From the NCBI GenBank assembly GCA_051294375.1, contig JBJCIZ010000282.1:289736-353735 (forward strand): 64,000 nt of DNA, given 5' to 3'. Shown piece after piece: positions 1 through 13,453 of the stretch. A program made the translations under genes and the position numbers. The first letter of the stretch is position 1, and every line of letters begins with the position of its first letter. This DNA is from Paraspadella gotoi. Its lineage: Eukaryota > Animalia > Chaetognatha. The notes below the pieces were generated by a model that was not told the origin of the DNA, made no database searches, and saw only the letters and a list, made by a program, of their open reading frames with translations.

Positions 1-819
1 CCGAGCACCGCCTCGAGCATGGTAGAACGAACTGTCCTCAGTTCTATCTCACAGACCGAATATGGTCGCAGCATGGCTCCACTCTCAGCAGGCCGCGCTG
101 CCACTCATCGACGGCACTTCTCGACGTCGAAAATCGATCGCCCCTCCCAACTATATGGCTCGTCATGAATAGGAAAGACGGGGAGAAGTGTGAGCGTCCG
201 ATGACATCAATGAAAGAAGCTCCTGTTAAGAGATTACAGCCGCGGAAATTACAACGAAGCCTGGCGGAACGAGTCGAGACGGTCGAGTGCAAGAGACTAG
301 CAAGCTCACTTCGGGCCGACACCGCCTACTTCGACCGTACTTGTACGAGTGCATTGAAGCGATGGCGTCATATGAGGCTGCTCCCATTAATAAGCCTATG
401 CTTCAGCAATCAGCCCCTACTCAATCAAACAACAGGCGATCTCGCCTCCCCGTCAATGGCAAGAAGAGACTGCCTTCTCTCGTATGACGTCAACGCCATA
501 ATACCGACAAACAATCATTCCAAATTCAATCGCGTCAACAACCTAAGCCTTGCACACTCGTCGACGAGGCGAACCCCGACAGGGCACCGTCAGGACCAAT
601 CTACATCGCAGCAGAAGAGCTACTACGCGTTGACATCTGTTTTCTAACCATAAAATAATGGCGACGCAGCCAAAATAAGAATGTTGAGCCTAGGTTGCTA
701 TAAGCAACAGGGCGGGAAAACTTGAAGGTCGCGGCGGGAAGGAGGTGAACGCCATCTAGCGCCGACCGAGCCACTGCATTCAAATTCTAAAGATTCTTTA
801 TTTCTTATTTGCGTTCACG

Positions 820-3800
820 CACGCCGCACAGACCTCAACTGCTCGTCGACGGCGAGCACCTTGACCTCGTGTCCTCAATACCCCACCAACGAAAAAGGAG
901 AGGGAAAAATGGAGAATCGAACACGCAAAACTTAAAGCCGCCAACGGCTCCGCCCAATCGCCCTGCTTTGGATTATCGAGACGTTTAAGGTTCCATACTG
1001 GGAAAGGCGAGTTTTTCCCTTTCACGGTAACCATAGCGGTGTAACTCACCCATACTCCGCTCAGATTTTCCTGGCCGAGCACTAATTTATGCTCCCACCA
1101 CAGAGAATGGTATTTTTATCGACGCTGATTAAATTTTTAGTAAGCTATAAAAAAACCCGCCGCGCTTTCAAAAAAAAGCCCCCCGGCAAAAAAATTTAAA
1201 AAAACAAAACCCAATCCCCCGGAATCAGAGTCATACTTTAGTTAAACATCAGGCGATGATCCATATTAGCAAGTTACTCGATACCTATCATAAACCCTTC
1301 TGTAACTTCCTTCATTTCAAAACACCCACTGAACGCAAAACATGGGGTAAAAACATTATATCCCAATGAAACTGGCCGGACCAGTCGACAAATCAAGAGC
1401 GCGGACGTTTAGACTCCAGAAGCTCGAAGTAGCCAAGAAGGAGCTCGACAAAGCCTGTGCGAACTCGGCATTCCGCCCGGCCGCTCGGCGGCCAAACAGC
1501 GAGTAGTGCGTACGCCGTTACTGGTCTGTCAAATAAACCGCTGAACGGACAGGGGTCACCATCATGATAAGGAGCGTTCTGTCGGCGCGATTTCGTCCGA
1601 AGATCAAATAACGCCGACGATCCGACGACAAAAATATTCCGATAGTGCAAACGCTCAAACGCCGTTTCAAATCGCTAAACCTCAGCAGCAAAAAAGGTAT
1701 TTAGCAAAATCGATTCTGCTAAAAGGTTATCACCGAAATACGCTGTCCGCTGAGGAAGATGTCGCCAAAAAGGCGTTATCAACCATTTGCCTCAAATGTA
1801 CTTTCCCTGGCAAAAACGCGCATTTGGCCTCAAAAACGGTGGGTCAAGATTTTTCAGAGACTTAATGGAATGAGATTCTTGACGGCCTTCATTATGTCCT
1901 TTTGTATACATCGACGACATCACTCGTGGCGTCTGAGTACACACCGGACATGAAACTCATGCTTTCCGGCGAGGTTTTCGATCTCCACAGACAAACGGCC
2001 TCGTTGTTAAATTCGAAAAAAATGTGTCCTGCAGAATAAATCGAAACTCCGGGATTTTTTGGGATAGTCGCGTCGAACGCCAATGAAATCTCCCCTCTGC
2101 CCAATCAAGTCGGCCACCAATCAACAGAGACGACATCCCACCGACATCTCATAAAAGAGTTGGCAGAGATTCCTAGGTGACTAAGTAAACTACATCACAG
2201 AACGTTTTTATTCCCAGATCCGCCATTAATATTATATCCCCTCTTCAAAGCTGCTGAAAAATGCAAGATCACGCCCACCGTGTCTTAATAAATGGACCCC
2301 AGAGTGCCACATAACGGCGTTTGGAGACCCATAAAGGCGCGTTATCTAAAGCGACAATGCTGCCGGACATATCCTCGGCGCCAAAAAGGGAACGCCACAT
2401 ACTACGCTCTCAACCGTCCGACGCGGTCAAACACGGCGATAGCGCCGTGTCGACTTGAGCAACAGAGGGTCCTAGGAGGTTGGGAACGCTCTAGCCTTCT
2501 TTTTTCGGCGAAACTGGCAAAAACAATCAAACAGGTTTGGCTCGTCCATTCAGAAATGCGGGAATTAACTGCACGCGTGGGCGAGCAGATCAGACACTTT
2601 CCGACCAATGATCGAAGGGAAGAAAAATTACTCTATTCACGCGACCAAACAAGTCATTAGTCCCCGTGCCAGCCTTTGAGCAAGAAAAATTCAGGGACCG
2701 CACACCGCTTGCCAAACATATCAACATTCGCTGGGCATAGCGGAGTATATCCTAACCCGATTATCCAATACTATGGGCCACGGCAAAGGCCAACTGTGGT
2801 CGCTGACTCTCCTCTCTCCCGTCCCAAAACGTCGAAACGAATCCTGAATGGCTCATTCCATTCATCTTCTTCCTCCGCCCCCACCCTATCCCCCTCTCCC
2901 CAAACCTCTTTTCCCTACTTTTCTCTGCCCCATTCCTTCTCACCGCTCGCCATAGTGGGCGACCATCGACAAGGATCCTGCCCACGGAGAAACGGAAAAC
3001 TTCAATGCAATTGCCTTCTCAAATTCTACAACATGGGTCAACCTCGAAAAAATGGCCGTCAATCAACAAACCTCTTCGACGCTGGATTATCGACTGCAGT
3101 CAAAGCGACGCCACTCTCGAAAGCCCTTCGATTGCCACAAAATCCCCATCGGCGGACTTCAATCACAGTCCGAGACGTCAGTAACGGCCCTCCACGTCCG
3201 CTTCGTTCCCGTTCTCTGCTGGCGTCGACAAGTTTTCGGACCATAGTCCACAAATCTCTGGCGCAACCCCTGGAGTTGAGCGAACTCGCCAATACAGTAG
3301 CCGAGAAAATTCGTTTCTGGCCACTCTGGAAATCGAGATTACACGACAGAGGTGATCGAGAGTGGGCTCGAGAGTGGCTTCAAGCATTGTCATGCGAGCC
3401 AAGTAACAAACGTCACAGTACCGCGAGATCGGGACCTTTGAGTTGCCAAGACAAGAGCTTCCAATCAACATCCACATCGATATAGTAACTCTCGCCTCAC
3501 GTTCAAACCGGAATATAATTACGTCCTAGCAAGCAAGTCACAGATTCACTCGTGGCCGATCGGCAAGTCCCATAATCAAGGACAATTGCCGCCAAAACCG
3601 TCGCCTGGACCAGATGGGTCAACCTTTCGTACCATGGCTGGGAATAGCCGCTAGTTGATCGGTCGGTCCAGGGTTTCAGCGACTGTGACTACAGATCGAG
3701 GATCTCAAAATTTTGTTTTCATCCAAATCCTGGATAACACAAACGCTTCTAGACTCAAATGTATGTTATATTTCTTGTTCTATCGCACATTTACTAGACG

Positions 3801-4300
3801 ACGAGACAGACGAGCGGTTGTGCGACGAGATGAATTAGACATGGGCCCGAGGTCGAATGGACTTTCTGTCGATGAAGGATTCAAGATTCTCGCGCAGGCC
3901 TTAAAGGAGTGCTTTCTAGATCGCTCTTCGAGGCTCCAGATCAGCAAAAGTTGCGGTGAGTTTGATATCTCGGCATAGGACTCCCCTGGCAGAGACCCTT
4001 CGCTCTGCTTGCAGAGTCCGCATAGCTCTAAAACGCAGGACTGTATCGGCGCATTCCCCCTGAGGCACGATTAGTCTGTGACAGACTGCGAGAGACCCAT
4101 GTAAGCGAAGTCCGCGGAGACCGCTTCGAGTCCAGGTACCAGGAACCGGAGCTGGACTTGGACCTAGCAGGAGCAGTTCAACACACGTGTCGACAGGAGC
4201 ACATCAGTACCAATGTTGCCGTTTCGAAAGTCGGCTCGTACTGACAGGGCCAGTGGCCTAGCCGACGTGCGGACTCTTTGACAACCGCTCGAGGGATACC
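820..4300 (+). pseudogene. pol: Gypsy pol (protease-RT-RNase H-integrase); frameshifts may be read errors
   Basis: YIDD catalytic motif within 1901-1921 and ordered domain remnants; no single intact ORF. Confidence 0.85.
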
Positions 4301-5919
4301 ATCAGTTGCCTAGACAGCTACTCTGGACCCACGCCTCCAGCACGGGTATTCGCATGTTGACTCTGCGGAAGAGGTCGCGTCCAATGTACACCTCTCAGGC
4401 GGCCAGTATAATGGCGGATCCAGTCTAGATAAGACTTGTCGAGGCCCGTACCAGCGAATCCGTAGTCGCGAGAACGAAATTAACATTCAAAATTACAAAA
4501 ATCGCCCTCGCTCGCGTCTTGAGGGCCAATTGAAAATGTCTCAATCTCAGTCGGCCTCTAAGACGGCCTTCGCAAGGGCGGACGACGTACGCCAGACGAT
4601 GCGAGTAAGCGCGAGTCCTACGCAGCGAACCTCCCTCGGCCTCGCCTGCGTCTCCTCGCTCCTCCAGCGCGATGCGGCGCCATTGCAGGAAAGGGAAGCG
4701 TGATGTTGGGTGTGTATTCAGGATGCGGGACGAGTGGTGTCACCCCGGCATAAAGAACTAGTCGGAGTTCCGCTCTCCGCCAGGCATGTCTCCAGTACTC
4801 GATCGTCGCGCTCAATCGAGATTTGTCGCGCACACTCGAAGGTAGATTCGCATAATTATTCCCTGGGCCGTGCGGCGCTCATCGTAGATGGTCAACGAAC
4901 GTTCTATCCATCCTCCTCCTCCTACTGCGCTCCCTCTCTCAACCGGAAACTCTGCCCCCTTCAGAGCCCACCCACGCCCAGTACCGACCCATAATCTCTT
5001 TCTCTTCTTCTGATTTTCCCCCTCTAAAATGCGAATAAACAATTCAAGGAAATGTAAATCAAGAATAAACAATCGAGAAGAACACAACACGAAGCGAACG
5101 AGCAAAACCGAAGCAATTCTGAGGCCAACGACGCCGCGATGCGAAACTCCCTTCGACTCCCGCCCAGCTCGTCCGCTGCATGTATTCTCAGCGACCAACT
5201 CCAGAGAATTTCTCAATAAATACGATGCAGCGTCACGGATCCCATCCTCCGAGCGTCAATACTCGAATCGACGCTCATACCGCGCACGTACTGGTACCGC
5301 CACGTCACTTGCAACAAATCGAAGGAGCGAGGAAAATTCGAACCATCCAATAAACTTTAGAACGGGTTCAGTCATGTTACAATACTTCATCTATTCAACG
5401 CCGCACCTTCTCCAGACAAAACTGTATTTTCAAAACTTTGGTAAGTTTTACAGAGTTCATGATATTTTTATAAATCGTTACTAATTTCATTACATTAAAT
5501 GCCGTTAGAGCCTGAAATTGCCGTTATTAAATCTGGCTTACCTGTAATATTCATGCAACACCAAGGTTAAGCGATTCCAATTCGTTATTATTACCGGATC
5601 CGGTTACTGGTGGCCATCACCCAGATCGTTAATATTTACAAAATCCACACAAGTCAAATCTACATAACGTCCAATAGTTACGCTTTCAAAAGGTTGTACT
5701 CGATAATCCTCACATAATTATTTTTACTCCTCAGTTTTTGAATTTTTTACTCCGTTTTAACACCCTCAGTGTTATTTTCCTCATTTGTTAAGAAGTCAAG
5801 GCTTCCCTGACAAATACTTTTCTAAGCTATCGAAAACGCTAGATAGCGTATTTTTTAATTTAGCCAACAAAAGACACACGGCGAAAAATATTTTCCCCTG
5901 GTATTTTATCTGGGGGGCG

Positions 5920-6450
5920 TGTAGTACTTAATAACGCTGGCACCAAAAAATAGTAATTAAATTATTACCTTAGTAAAACCTGAATTGGAGGTTTGAGGTA
6001 AGTATTACCGGTCTGTTCTAATGGGTGAGTCTCCATCGTCTATCTTGATAAATTAAATATAAAGTGTTGTTATACAATAGGCAGAATGTATGCGATACAG
6101 TGAGGATTCAAAAACCAGCGATCTTTCTGAGCCACATGTCCGCCCCTATCGATGCCCATTTAGCCACGAGGCTCTTTTTGTCGGAAATAATGACCAGAAA
6201 TCTTCGACGCAGGAGATAAGTATGCGACTATTTGCTCCAGTCAACTGCTATTTAGACATTTGGTGCATGATATGAGGTTCTGAGACGGAGACACCTTATC
6301 GTGCATATCTAATGCGCAAGGTATGGCTCAGCGCCTTGATTAGCCTAGAACTATTGAGTTTAGTTAAGCAGTTATTGGAATCGACTTGTTGGTTCATAAT
6401 TTAAATTGTTCCTGTTCCTATCGTGTGCCAGGGTTATATGCCTTCCTACA
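5920..6450 (+). repeat. 3' LTR of the Gypsy element (~530 bp)
   Basis: G-rich PPT tggggggcg (5911-5919) immediately followed by TGTAG; ends CTACA at 6450 (5-bp terminal inverted repeat). Confidence 0.75.
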
Positions 6451-6697
6451 GGGCCCGTGATTGATGCATCGGAAGGCCCCGTAAGGGTTAGGGTTGAGGC
6501 ATGGAGATGTACGGGAGGCGCCAGACCCGGGTTAGGGTTAGGGGAGAGGCAAAGAGTTGAATGGAAGGCCCCCGGTTTAGGTTAGGGTTGGGGGAGGGGG
6601 CCCGTTTAGTTGATGTGTTTGAAGGCGGTTAGGGTTTTAAATGGGAGGTCTGGTTTAGGGTTAGGGTTGAGAGAGGAGCCGTGGTGAATGTGTACAT
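6451..6697 (+). repeat. Degenerate minisatellite with TTAGGG cores
   Basis: Several ~50-60 bp units, each containing ggttagggtt(a/g)g. Confidence 0.7.
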
Positions 6698-9600
6698 TAA
6701 AAGGCGGAACAGAATTGACGGCTAATGAGATGGATAGGCCAGTCTATCAAATACATAGTTTTGGTGTGTGCAAATAGTTTAATGCTTCGATGAGAAACAA
6801 AAGATTTTTATAAAATATATCTAATCTGTGTGAGCAGGCGCAACTCATTTTATTTATCGAGTTTGTTACGTGTCCGTAAATTTCTCTGATTTCTCGTTCT
6901 GCTGAGTTGGCAGAAATAGGTTCAACGTGACTTTGGCTTCTATAGAAAAATTAAAGCACATAGCGAATAGGTTAGGGTTGCTCACTAAAATTTGAAATTA
7001 ATTCAAATTTTTTTAAAATATTTTTTTTATTTGAATACATAACAATTTTAAAAACTGTATAGATAAAGCATGACATAAACTTTAAAAAGATTAAGGCAAA
7101 CAAATAAATGAGTTAAGATTTAAGACAATGAAATTACAAACAAAATGAATTTTCGTCACAAACAAAAAATTAAACGTTTAAACGTTTCCAAGCAGCCCCG
7201 CGAAATCTCTCTTTGTTTCAGCCTTGGGAAGTGATTCCCTCGATTCCATTCGTGCGCGCAAATAATTGTTTCTTTCATTATGGCCAGCAATTTTACCACA
7301 AACATCCGTCAAATCGCGAATCATTCGCTCGACAGATTGGGTGTGAGACGGAAAATGCGGAATATTCAATTTGTTCAGAATCAAATCCTGCAGATCGGAG
7401 ATTGTGAGGTCGCAGGTGAGGACTGGTTCGTAAATTGTTATCGAATCCCAATCAATTAGTTCGGCAATAGTTTCCGCCTTGGAGGTGAGAAGGGGAGGAA
7501 CAAACTTTTCTGACCGATTTATCCCGGAATCATTCCCTTGACGGGAGAGCAATGATTTTTTCCGACGGCAAATGCGCGAAGATCGGGATTGTCGTCGCAG
7601 AGCAAACTGACGAGGAGGTTTTCCGGGTGAGCGTTCCAAGACTTAATATAGGGGAAACGATATCTCTGGTTGACTGAGGAAGTAGACGGAAGACGTTGTA
7701 TTTGGAATAGGGTGTGATTTGCAGCATCGGCAATATGCGGGCGAGATTTAATTGAGAACCAAGAAGCAGCATAATTTGTAAGTGAATAAAAAACTAATTT
7801 GTAGAGATTGGCTTTAATCTTTCCTTAAAAGGGTGTTTCGAGAGATAAAGCCGGCCCAAACGGCAAGCCAAAGTCAACACCAGCGTGAATGCGAGATCGG
7901 GCCAGGCTTCAGATTTTTAATTTGAGGTTCAATTGTTCCCGCTTTGAATAGATTTAGCGACGAAGGTAGAGATATTTTTTGGTCGGAAGATAAATCCGAA
8001 AGTATCTCTTCTTTCAACAGAAAAATTTCAGGACCATTAGAAATTGGAACGAATTTTTCATTCCAATCCAGAGGTTTATACGGTAGGCAAAGCTTTTCCA
8101 ATTGGTCCTTTGAAAGAATTATTGCCTGTAGTTGGGCCATCAATAGCTTGAAAAAGGTGGCGCAGACCAAGTTCATTGGTGGTGTAAGCTGCAGATGGCC
8201 CAATGAACTTTTTTCCTGGCGATGGTCCTCGATCTTTTTCACAATCCCGCCAATTGGACCGGTATTGACGGCGGTAGAATCAACGCCGACGACTTTTAAA
8301 TCCTTTGTGAGGTTATACTCATCAAGGAATCGCAGGATTGCGTCGGATGTTGGTCCAGCAGCTTTTCCCGTAGGCGTTACATGAGTGAGAAACTTCCCAT
8401 CTGGCTGAGACACCAAAACGATATGCTCCTTTTTTTCTTTTTTCTGACGACGCACACGTTTTCTTCTACCACCTCCAATGTCTCAATTTCCTTTCCGTCG
8501 AAATAAACGCCCTCCACCAAGTCTTGCCTTTAATCTTTGTTCTTCTTTCACGCTGCAGTTTTTGGCGAACTTTTTTCTTTTCACGACGAATACGCTCACG
8601 ATCGATGACACATGAGAGGTCGTCGGAAGTGACGATGGCCAAAGTCGAATGAGGAACGGCGGTGGCGATCGCTGCGGTTAAACGATCCGACGCTCCCCAT
8701 CGCATCGCCTCACGCGCCGTCGTCGGGTAGAGGAGGGATTCGATACGAGTCCTCTGAAAAGGGTTTATTAATTAATGATAATGCTTGATGTTATGCTTAA
8801 TTTGTCAGTTATAAAAGTTAGACTACTATTTTAATCTAAAAACACGATAAGTATTACAATCACTAAAATTACATATTCATGCAAGGTCATTCTATAAAAC
8901 TACAAAGACTATTATTTAAAACTACTTCACACTTGAAATGGATTTATTGAAATAATACCTTTGTTTAAAAGGTTTAACGGATCCAGCTGTTAAAAATGCT
9001 TAAAAGTTGAAGTACAGAAGTATTAACATTTTTTCTTTATAAGATTTTTTACCCTTTGAGATTAAATTCTATTTCATCCCGCGTTGAAGGTTCTTCTTCA
9101 ATCAAGATTTCGCTGAGTTGCTCTTGACGCCAGATTTTGTCCTCCTCCCTTGTCCTCTCAATAACTTTGGCGGAATGGTTTTCTTTTAAAAACTCTTCAC
9201 GCGAGCCTACAAAATAAAGCAAATGGCGGATAAAAAATAATCATACTTAGTAATAATAAAAATAAAAAGTTCTAATTTTTAATGATTAAAAGGCAGAAGT
9301 TTTTTTAAATGTTTACAAATAAATAATTATTAATCTTCAAATACAGACATGTTTCGGCTTTAGTACAAAAGTAATAAAGCTGAAAATATATCCGTGTTTG
9401 AAAATTAAAAATTCGTTATTTATAAACATTTTAAAGGAACCTCAGACTATCAATATCAAACGCGATGAAAAAGAAAGAAAATATACAATGTCTAAAATTT
9501 ATTGAAATATATCTGAGAGATTAAGGTAAGTAAAACGTTAACAATGTAAAAAGCAGAGAGAATGACTGAAATTTAAAAAAAAAAATACTTATTTAAGAAG

Positions 9601-10598
9601 TTACCTTTCGCGCCTCGATTTTTTTCAGTTTTTTGCTCGTTGGAATGTCAATTCGACCAATTTGCAGACGGGGGAGATGAGAATGGCGATGACGTTGCGC
9701 AAAAATAAATTCGCGCTCGGCAAGTGGAATCTTATCGTGAAGGGCGCAGTTGCAGTCCACGTGAACGTTGTCTTCCCCATCTCTTTCCATCGGACATTGG
9801 CAAATTAAAACCTCGAAAACTTGATCGAGTTTTGAGACAAAATATTTTTGTTTGGAATCCAGAGAACTACTTCGTTGGTAGTATCTCTGCTTCTCGCGAG
9901 CTCGCTTTACTTTTATCGCGATTGAGAAAGTGTTGAAGAGAGCAAGCGATGTACTTGCTCGACCGTAAACATGGACGATCTCTTTCGCGACGTCTTCAAA
10001 AAGGCAAAAATCGACAGATCGACCCTTCTCCTGTAACCATTGATGCTTTGGGTTAAAAATATGTAATTAAACATTGAAATAAAAAATATTTTAACCTGGA
10101 GTAATGATACATAAGCCAAAACGTCGCGTAAAGTTGGCAAATCGGAAAGCGGCAAAGTCTTCGATGGGCCAATAAGCGAACTTGAGCCGCTTCGTGAATT
10201 TGGACGTTTTTTACTGTTTTTAATTTTGGGCATTATTCTTAATTCAATATCGAAAAATATTTGAATAATTAAAATATTTTAGGCAAGAAGCTGTTTTTCG
10301 ACTAAAAATATTTTCTTCGGAGAATAAGCGGTCTAACCTGATTGGATCTCATCCTCCCGATTCCGCTTCGAGGACCAATCACATCAAAGCTTTTTTTTAT
10401 TTTTTGGGCGGCAAAATTTAATAGAAATTAACAATTTAGGAACGGAAAGCTTTATGTAACCTGTCATTCAGAATGCTTTCGTGCGTCAAACTGTTCAATA
10501 TTTTTTAATTTATTTTTTTGTTTTTGAACATTTTTTTTCGAACAGTTAATCAATATATTTTTGATAGACCTTTTAGTTTTGACTTTGTTTCCGCCTTA
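6698..10598 (-). mobile_element. hAT-like (hATm-type) DNA transposon, complete copy 1 (~3.9 kb)
   Basis: Imperfect TIRs TAA(AA)GGCGGAA(A)CA at 6698 and, inverted, ending at 10598; both ends share subterminal GTCTATCAAA. The right end ccgcctta is confirmed by flank divergence from the copy ending at 21146. Encodes a spliced transposase. Confidence 0.8.
7178..10233 (-). CDS. DDE transposase, 4 exons (~10233-10096, 10045-9605, 9206-9053, 8753-7178), with indel errors
   Basis: N-terminus 'IGPSKTLPLSDLPTLRDVL', Cys-rich 'DCNCALHDKIPLAEREFIFAQR', catalytic-type motifs YFDGK, GVDST, CSLHTNEL (CxxH), SHSRW and HTQSVER. AT-rich GT...AG introns at ~10095-10046, 9604-9207 and 9052-8754. Some motifs are read from the cleaner copy 2. 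Confidence 0.85.
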
Positions 10599-11094
10599 CT
10601 GATCAATCTACGAAAACGGATTCTTGGGAAAGAGGTTTTCTTTTTCTTTTTTCCTTTTTCTTTTTTCTTTTCCGTTTCTTCTTTTTTCTTTTCTTTTTTA
10701 GGATTTCGAGTTCGTGGTAAGAAGTAGCGGATTAAAAAAAGTACATTAATCGAAGTGAGAAACGTAAAAGTTACGGGTCGTTAGCTTTTTAAAATCATTT
10801 TTCCTTTTTTGATCTTTTTTTCAAGGAAAGAAGAAAAAAATTGTTTAAAGAGAAACTGCACATCTAAAAAAAAAATTTTATGAAAATTGTGAAGGTTAAT
10901 CAGAGCCCTTATTTAACTTTAGATAGAAACAAGTGGATAACACTTATTTAGATCATTAATATATATAACTTAGTGTGTGTTAAAGATAGTGACGNNNNNN
11001 NNNNNNNNNNNNNNNNNNNNNNNNNNNNNNNNNNNNNNNNNNNNNNNNNNNNNNNNNNNNNNNNNNNNNNNNNNNNNNNNNNNNNNNNNNNNNN

Positions 11095-13453
11095 GAATCA
11101 TTCCCTTGACGGAGAGCAATGATTTTTCCGACGGCAAATGCGCGAAGATCGGGATTGTCGTCGCAGAGCAAACTGACGAGCAGGTTTTCCGGGTGAGCGT
11201 TCCAAGACTTAATATACGGGGAAACGATATCTCTGGTTGACTGAGGAAGTAGACGAAGACGTTGTATTTGGAATAGGGTGTGATTTGCAGCATCGGCAAT
11301 ATGCGGGCGAGATTTAATTGAGAACCAAGAAGCAGCATAATTTGTAAGTGAATAAAAAACTAATTTGTAGAGATTGGCTTTAATCTTTCCCTTAAAAGGG
11401 TGTTTCGAGAGATAAAGCCGGCCCAAACGGCAAGCCAAAGTCAACCAGCGTGAATGCGAGATCGGGCCAGGCTTCAGATTTTTAATTTGAGGTTCAATTG
11501 TTCCGCTTTGAATAGATTTAGCGACGAGGTAGAGATATTTTTGGTCGGAAGATAAATCCGAAAGTATCTCTTCTTTCAACAGAAAAATTTCAGGACCATT
11601 AGAAATTGGAACGAATTTTTCATTCCAATCCAGAGTTTCTACGGTAGGCAAAGCTTTTCCAATTGGTCCTTTGAAAGAATTATTGCCTGTAGTTGGGCCA
11701 TCAATAGCTTGAAAAAGGTGGCGCAGACCAAGTTCATTGGTGTGTAAGCTGCAGATGGCCCAATGAACTTTTTCCTGGCGATGGTCCTCGATCTTTTTCA
11801 CAATCCCGCCAATTGGACCGGTATTGACGGCGGTAGAATCAACGCCGACGACTTTTAAATCCTTTGTGAGGTTATACTCATCAAGGAATCGCAGGATTGC
11901 GTCGGATGTTGGTCCAGCAGCTTTTCCCGTAGGCGTTACATGAGTGAGAAACTTCCCATCTGGCTGAGACACCAAAACGATATGCTCCTTTTTTTCTTTT
12001 TTCTGACGACGCACACCGTTTTCTTCTACCACCTCCAATGTCTCAATTTCCTTTCCGTCGAAATAAACGCCCTCCACCAAGTCTTCCTTTAATCTTTGTT
12101 CTTCTTTCACGCTGCAGTTTTTGCGAACTTTTTTCTTTTCACGACGAATACGCTCACGATCGATGACACATGAGAGGTCGTCGGAAGTGACGATGCCAAA
12201 GTCGATGAGGACGGCGGTGGCGATCGCTGCGGTTAAACGATCCGACGCTCCCCATCGCATCGCCTCACGCGCCGTCGTCGGTAGAGGAGGGATTCGATAC
12301 GAGTCCTCTGAAAAGGGTTTATTAATTAATGATAATGCTTGATGTTATGCTTAATTTGTCAGTTATAAAAGTTAGATACTATTTTAATCTAAAAAACACG
12401 ATAAGTATTACAATCACTAAAAATTACATATTCATGCAAGGTCATTCTATAAACTACAAAGACTATTATTTAAAACTACTTCACACTTGAAAATGGATTA
12501 TTGAAATAATACCTTTGTTTAAAAGGTTTAACGGATCCAGCTGTTAAAAATGCTTAAAAGTTGAANNNNNNNNNNNNTACATTTTTTCTTTATAAGATTT
12601 TTTACCTTTGAGATTAAATTCTATTTCATCCCGCGTTGAAGGTTCTTCTTCAATCAAGATTTCGCTGAGTTGCTCTTGACGCCAGATTTTGTCCTCCTCC
12701 TTGTCCTCAATAACTTTGGCGGAATNNNNNNNNNNTAAAAACTCTTCACGAGCCTACAAAATAAAGCAAATGGCGGATAAAAATAATCATACTTAGTAAT
12801 AATAAAATAAAAAGTTCTAATTTTTAATGATTAAAAGGCAGAAGTTTTTTTAAATGTTTACAAATAAATAATTATTAATCTTCAAATACAGACATGTTTC
12901 GGCTTTAGTACAAAAGTAATAAAGCTGAAATATATCCGTGTTTGAAAATTAAAAATTCGTTATTTATAAACATTTTAAAGGAACCTCAGACTATCAATAT
13001 CAAACGCGATGAAAAAGAAAGAAAATATACAATGTCTAAAATTTTTATTGAATATATCTGTAGAGATTAAGGTAAAGTAAACCGTTTAACAATGGTAAAA
13101 AGCAGAGAAGAATGACTGAAATTTTTAAAAAAAAATACTTGTATTTAAGAAGTTCCTTTTCCGGGCGCCTCGATTGTTTTCAGTTTTTTGCCTCGTCGTG
13201 GGAATGTCAATTCGACCAATTTGCAGACTGGGGAGATGAGAATGGGCGATGACGCCATTGCGCAAAAATAAATTTCTGCGCTCGGAAGTGGAAGTCTTAT
13301 CGTGAAGGGCGCAGTTGCAGTCCACCGTGAACGTGTCTTTCCCCATCTCTTTCCATCGGACATTGGCAAATTTAAAACCGTCGAAATACTTTGAGTCGAG
13401 TTTGAGACAAAATATTTTTGTTTGGAATCAAGAACTACTTCGTGGTAGTATCG
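11095..13453 (-). mobile_element. hAT-like transposon copy 2, gene 3' part (truncated by gap on the left, interrupted by element E on the right)
   Basis: Near-identical to ~7526-9886; its ORF (12260 down to the gap) carries uninterrupted YFDGK/GVDST/CSLH motifs. Confidence 0.9.

Larger units (their letters stand above)
1..6450 (+). mobile_element. Ty3/Gypsy LTR retrotransposon (5' part outside window), heavily frameshifted
   Basis: Reading across frameshifts, domain order is PR-RT-RH-INT: protease-like LVDG / LKAANGS (~840-1080); RT 'FSKID..KGYH' (~1700-1740) and FVYIDDI (1901-1921); RNase H-like region (~2400-2640); integrase 'VTTDRGSQ' (~3685-3708) and a GPY/F-like tail (~4120-4240); then PPT and LTR. 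Confidence 0.9.
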
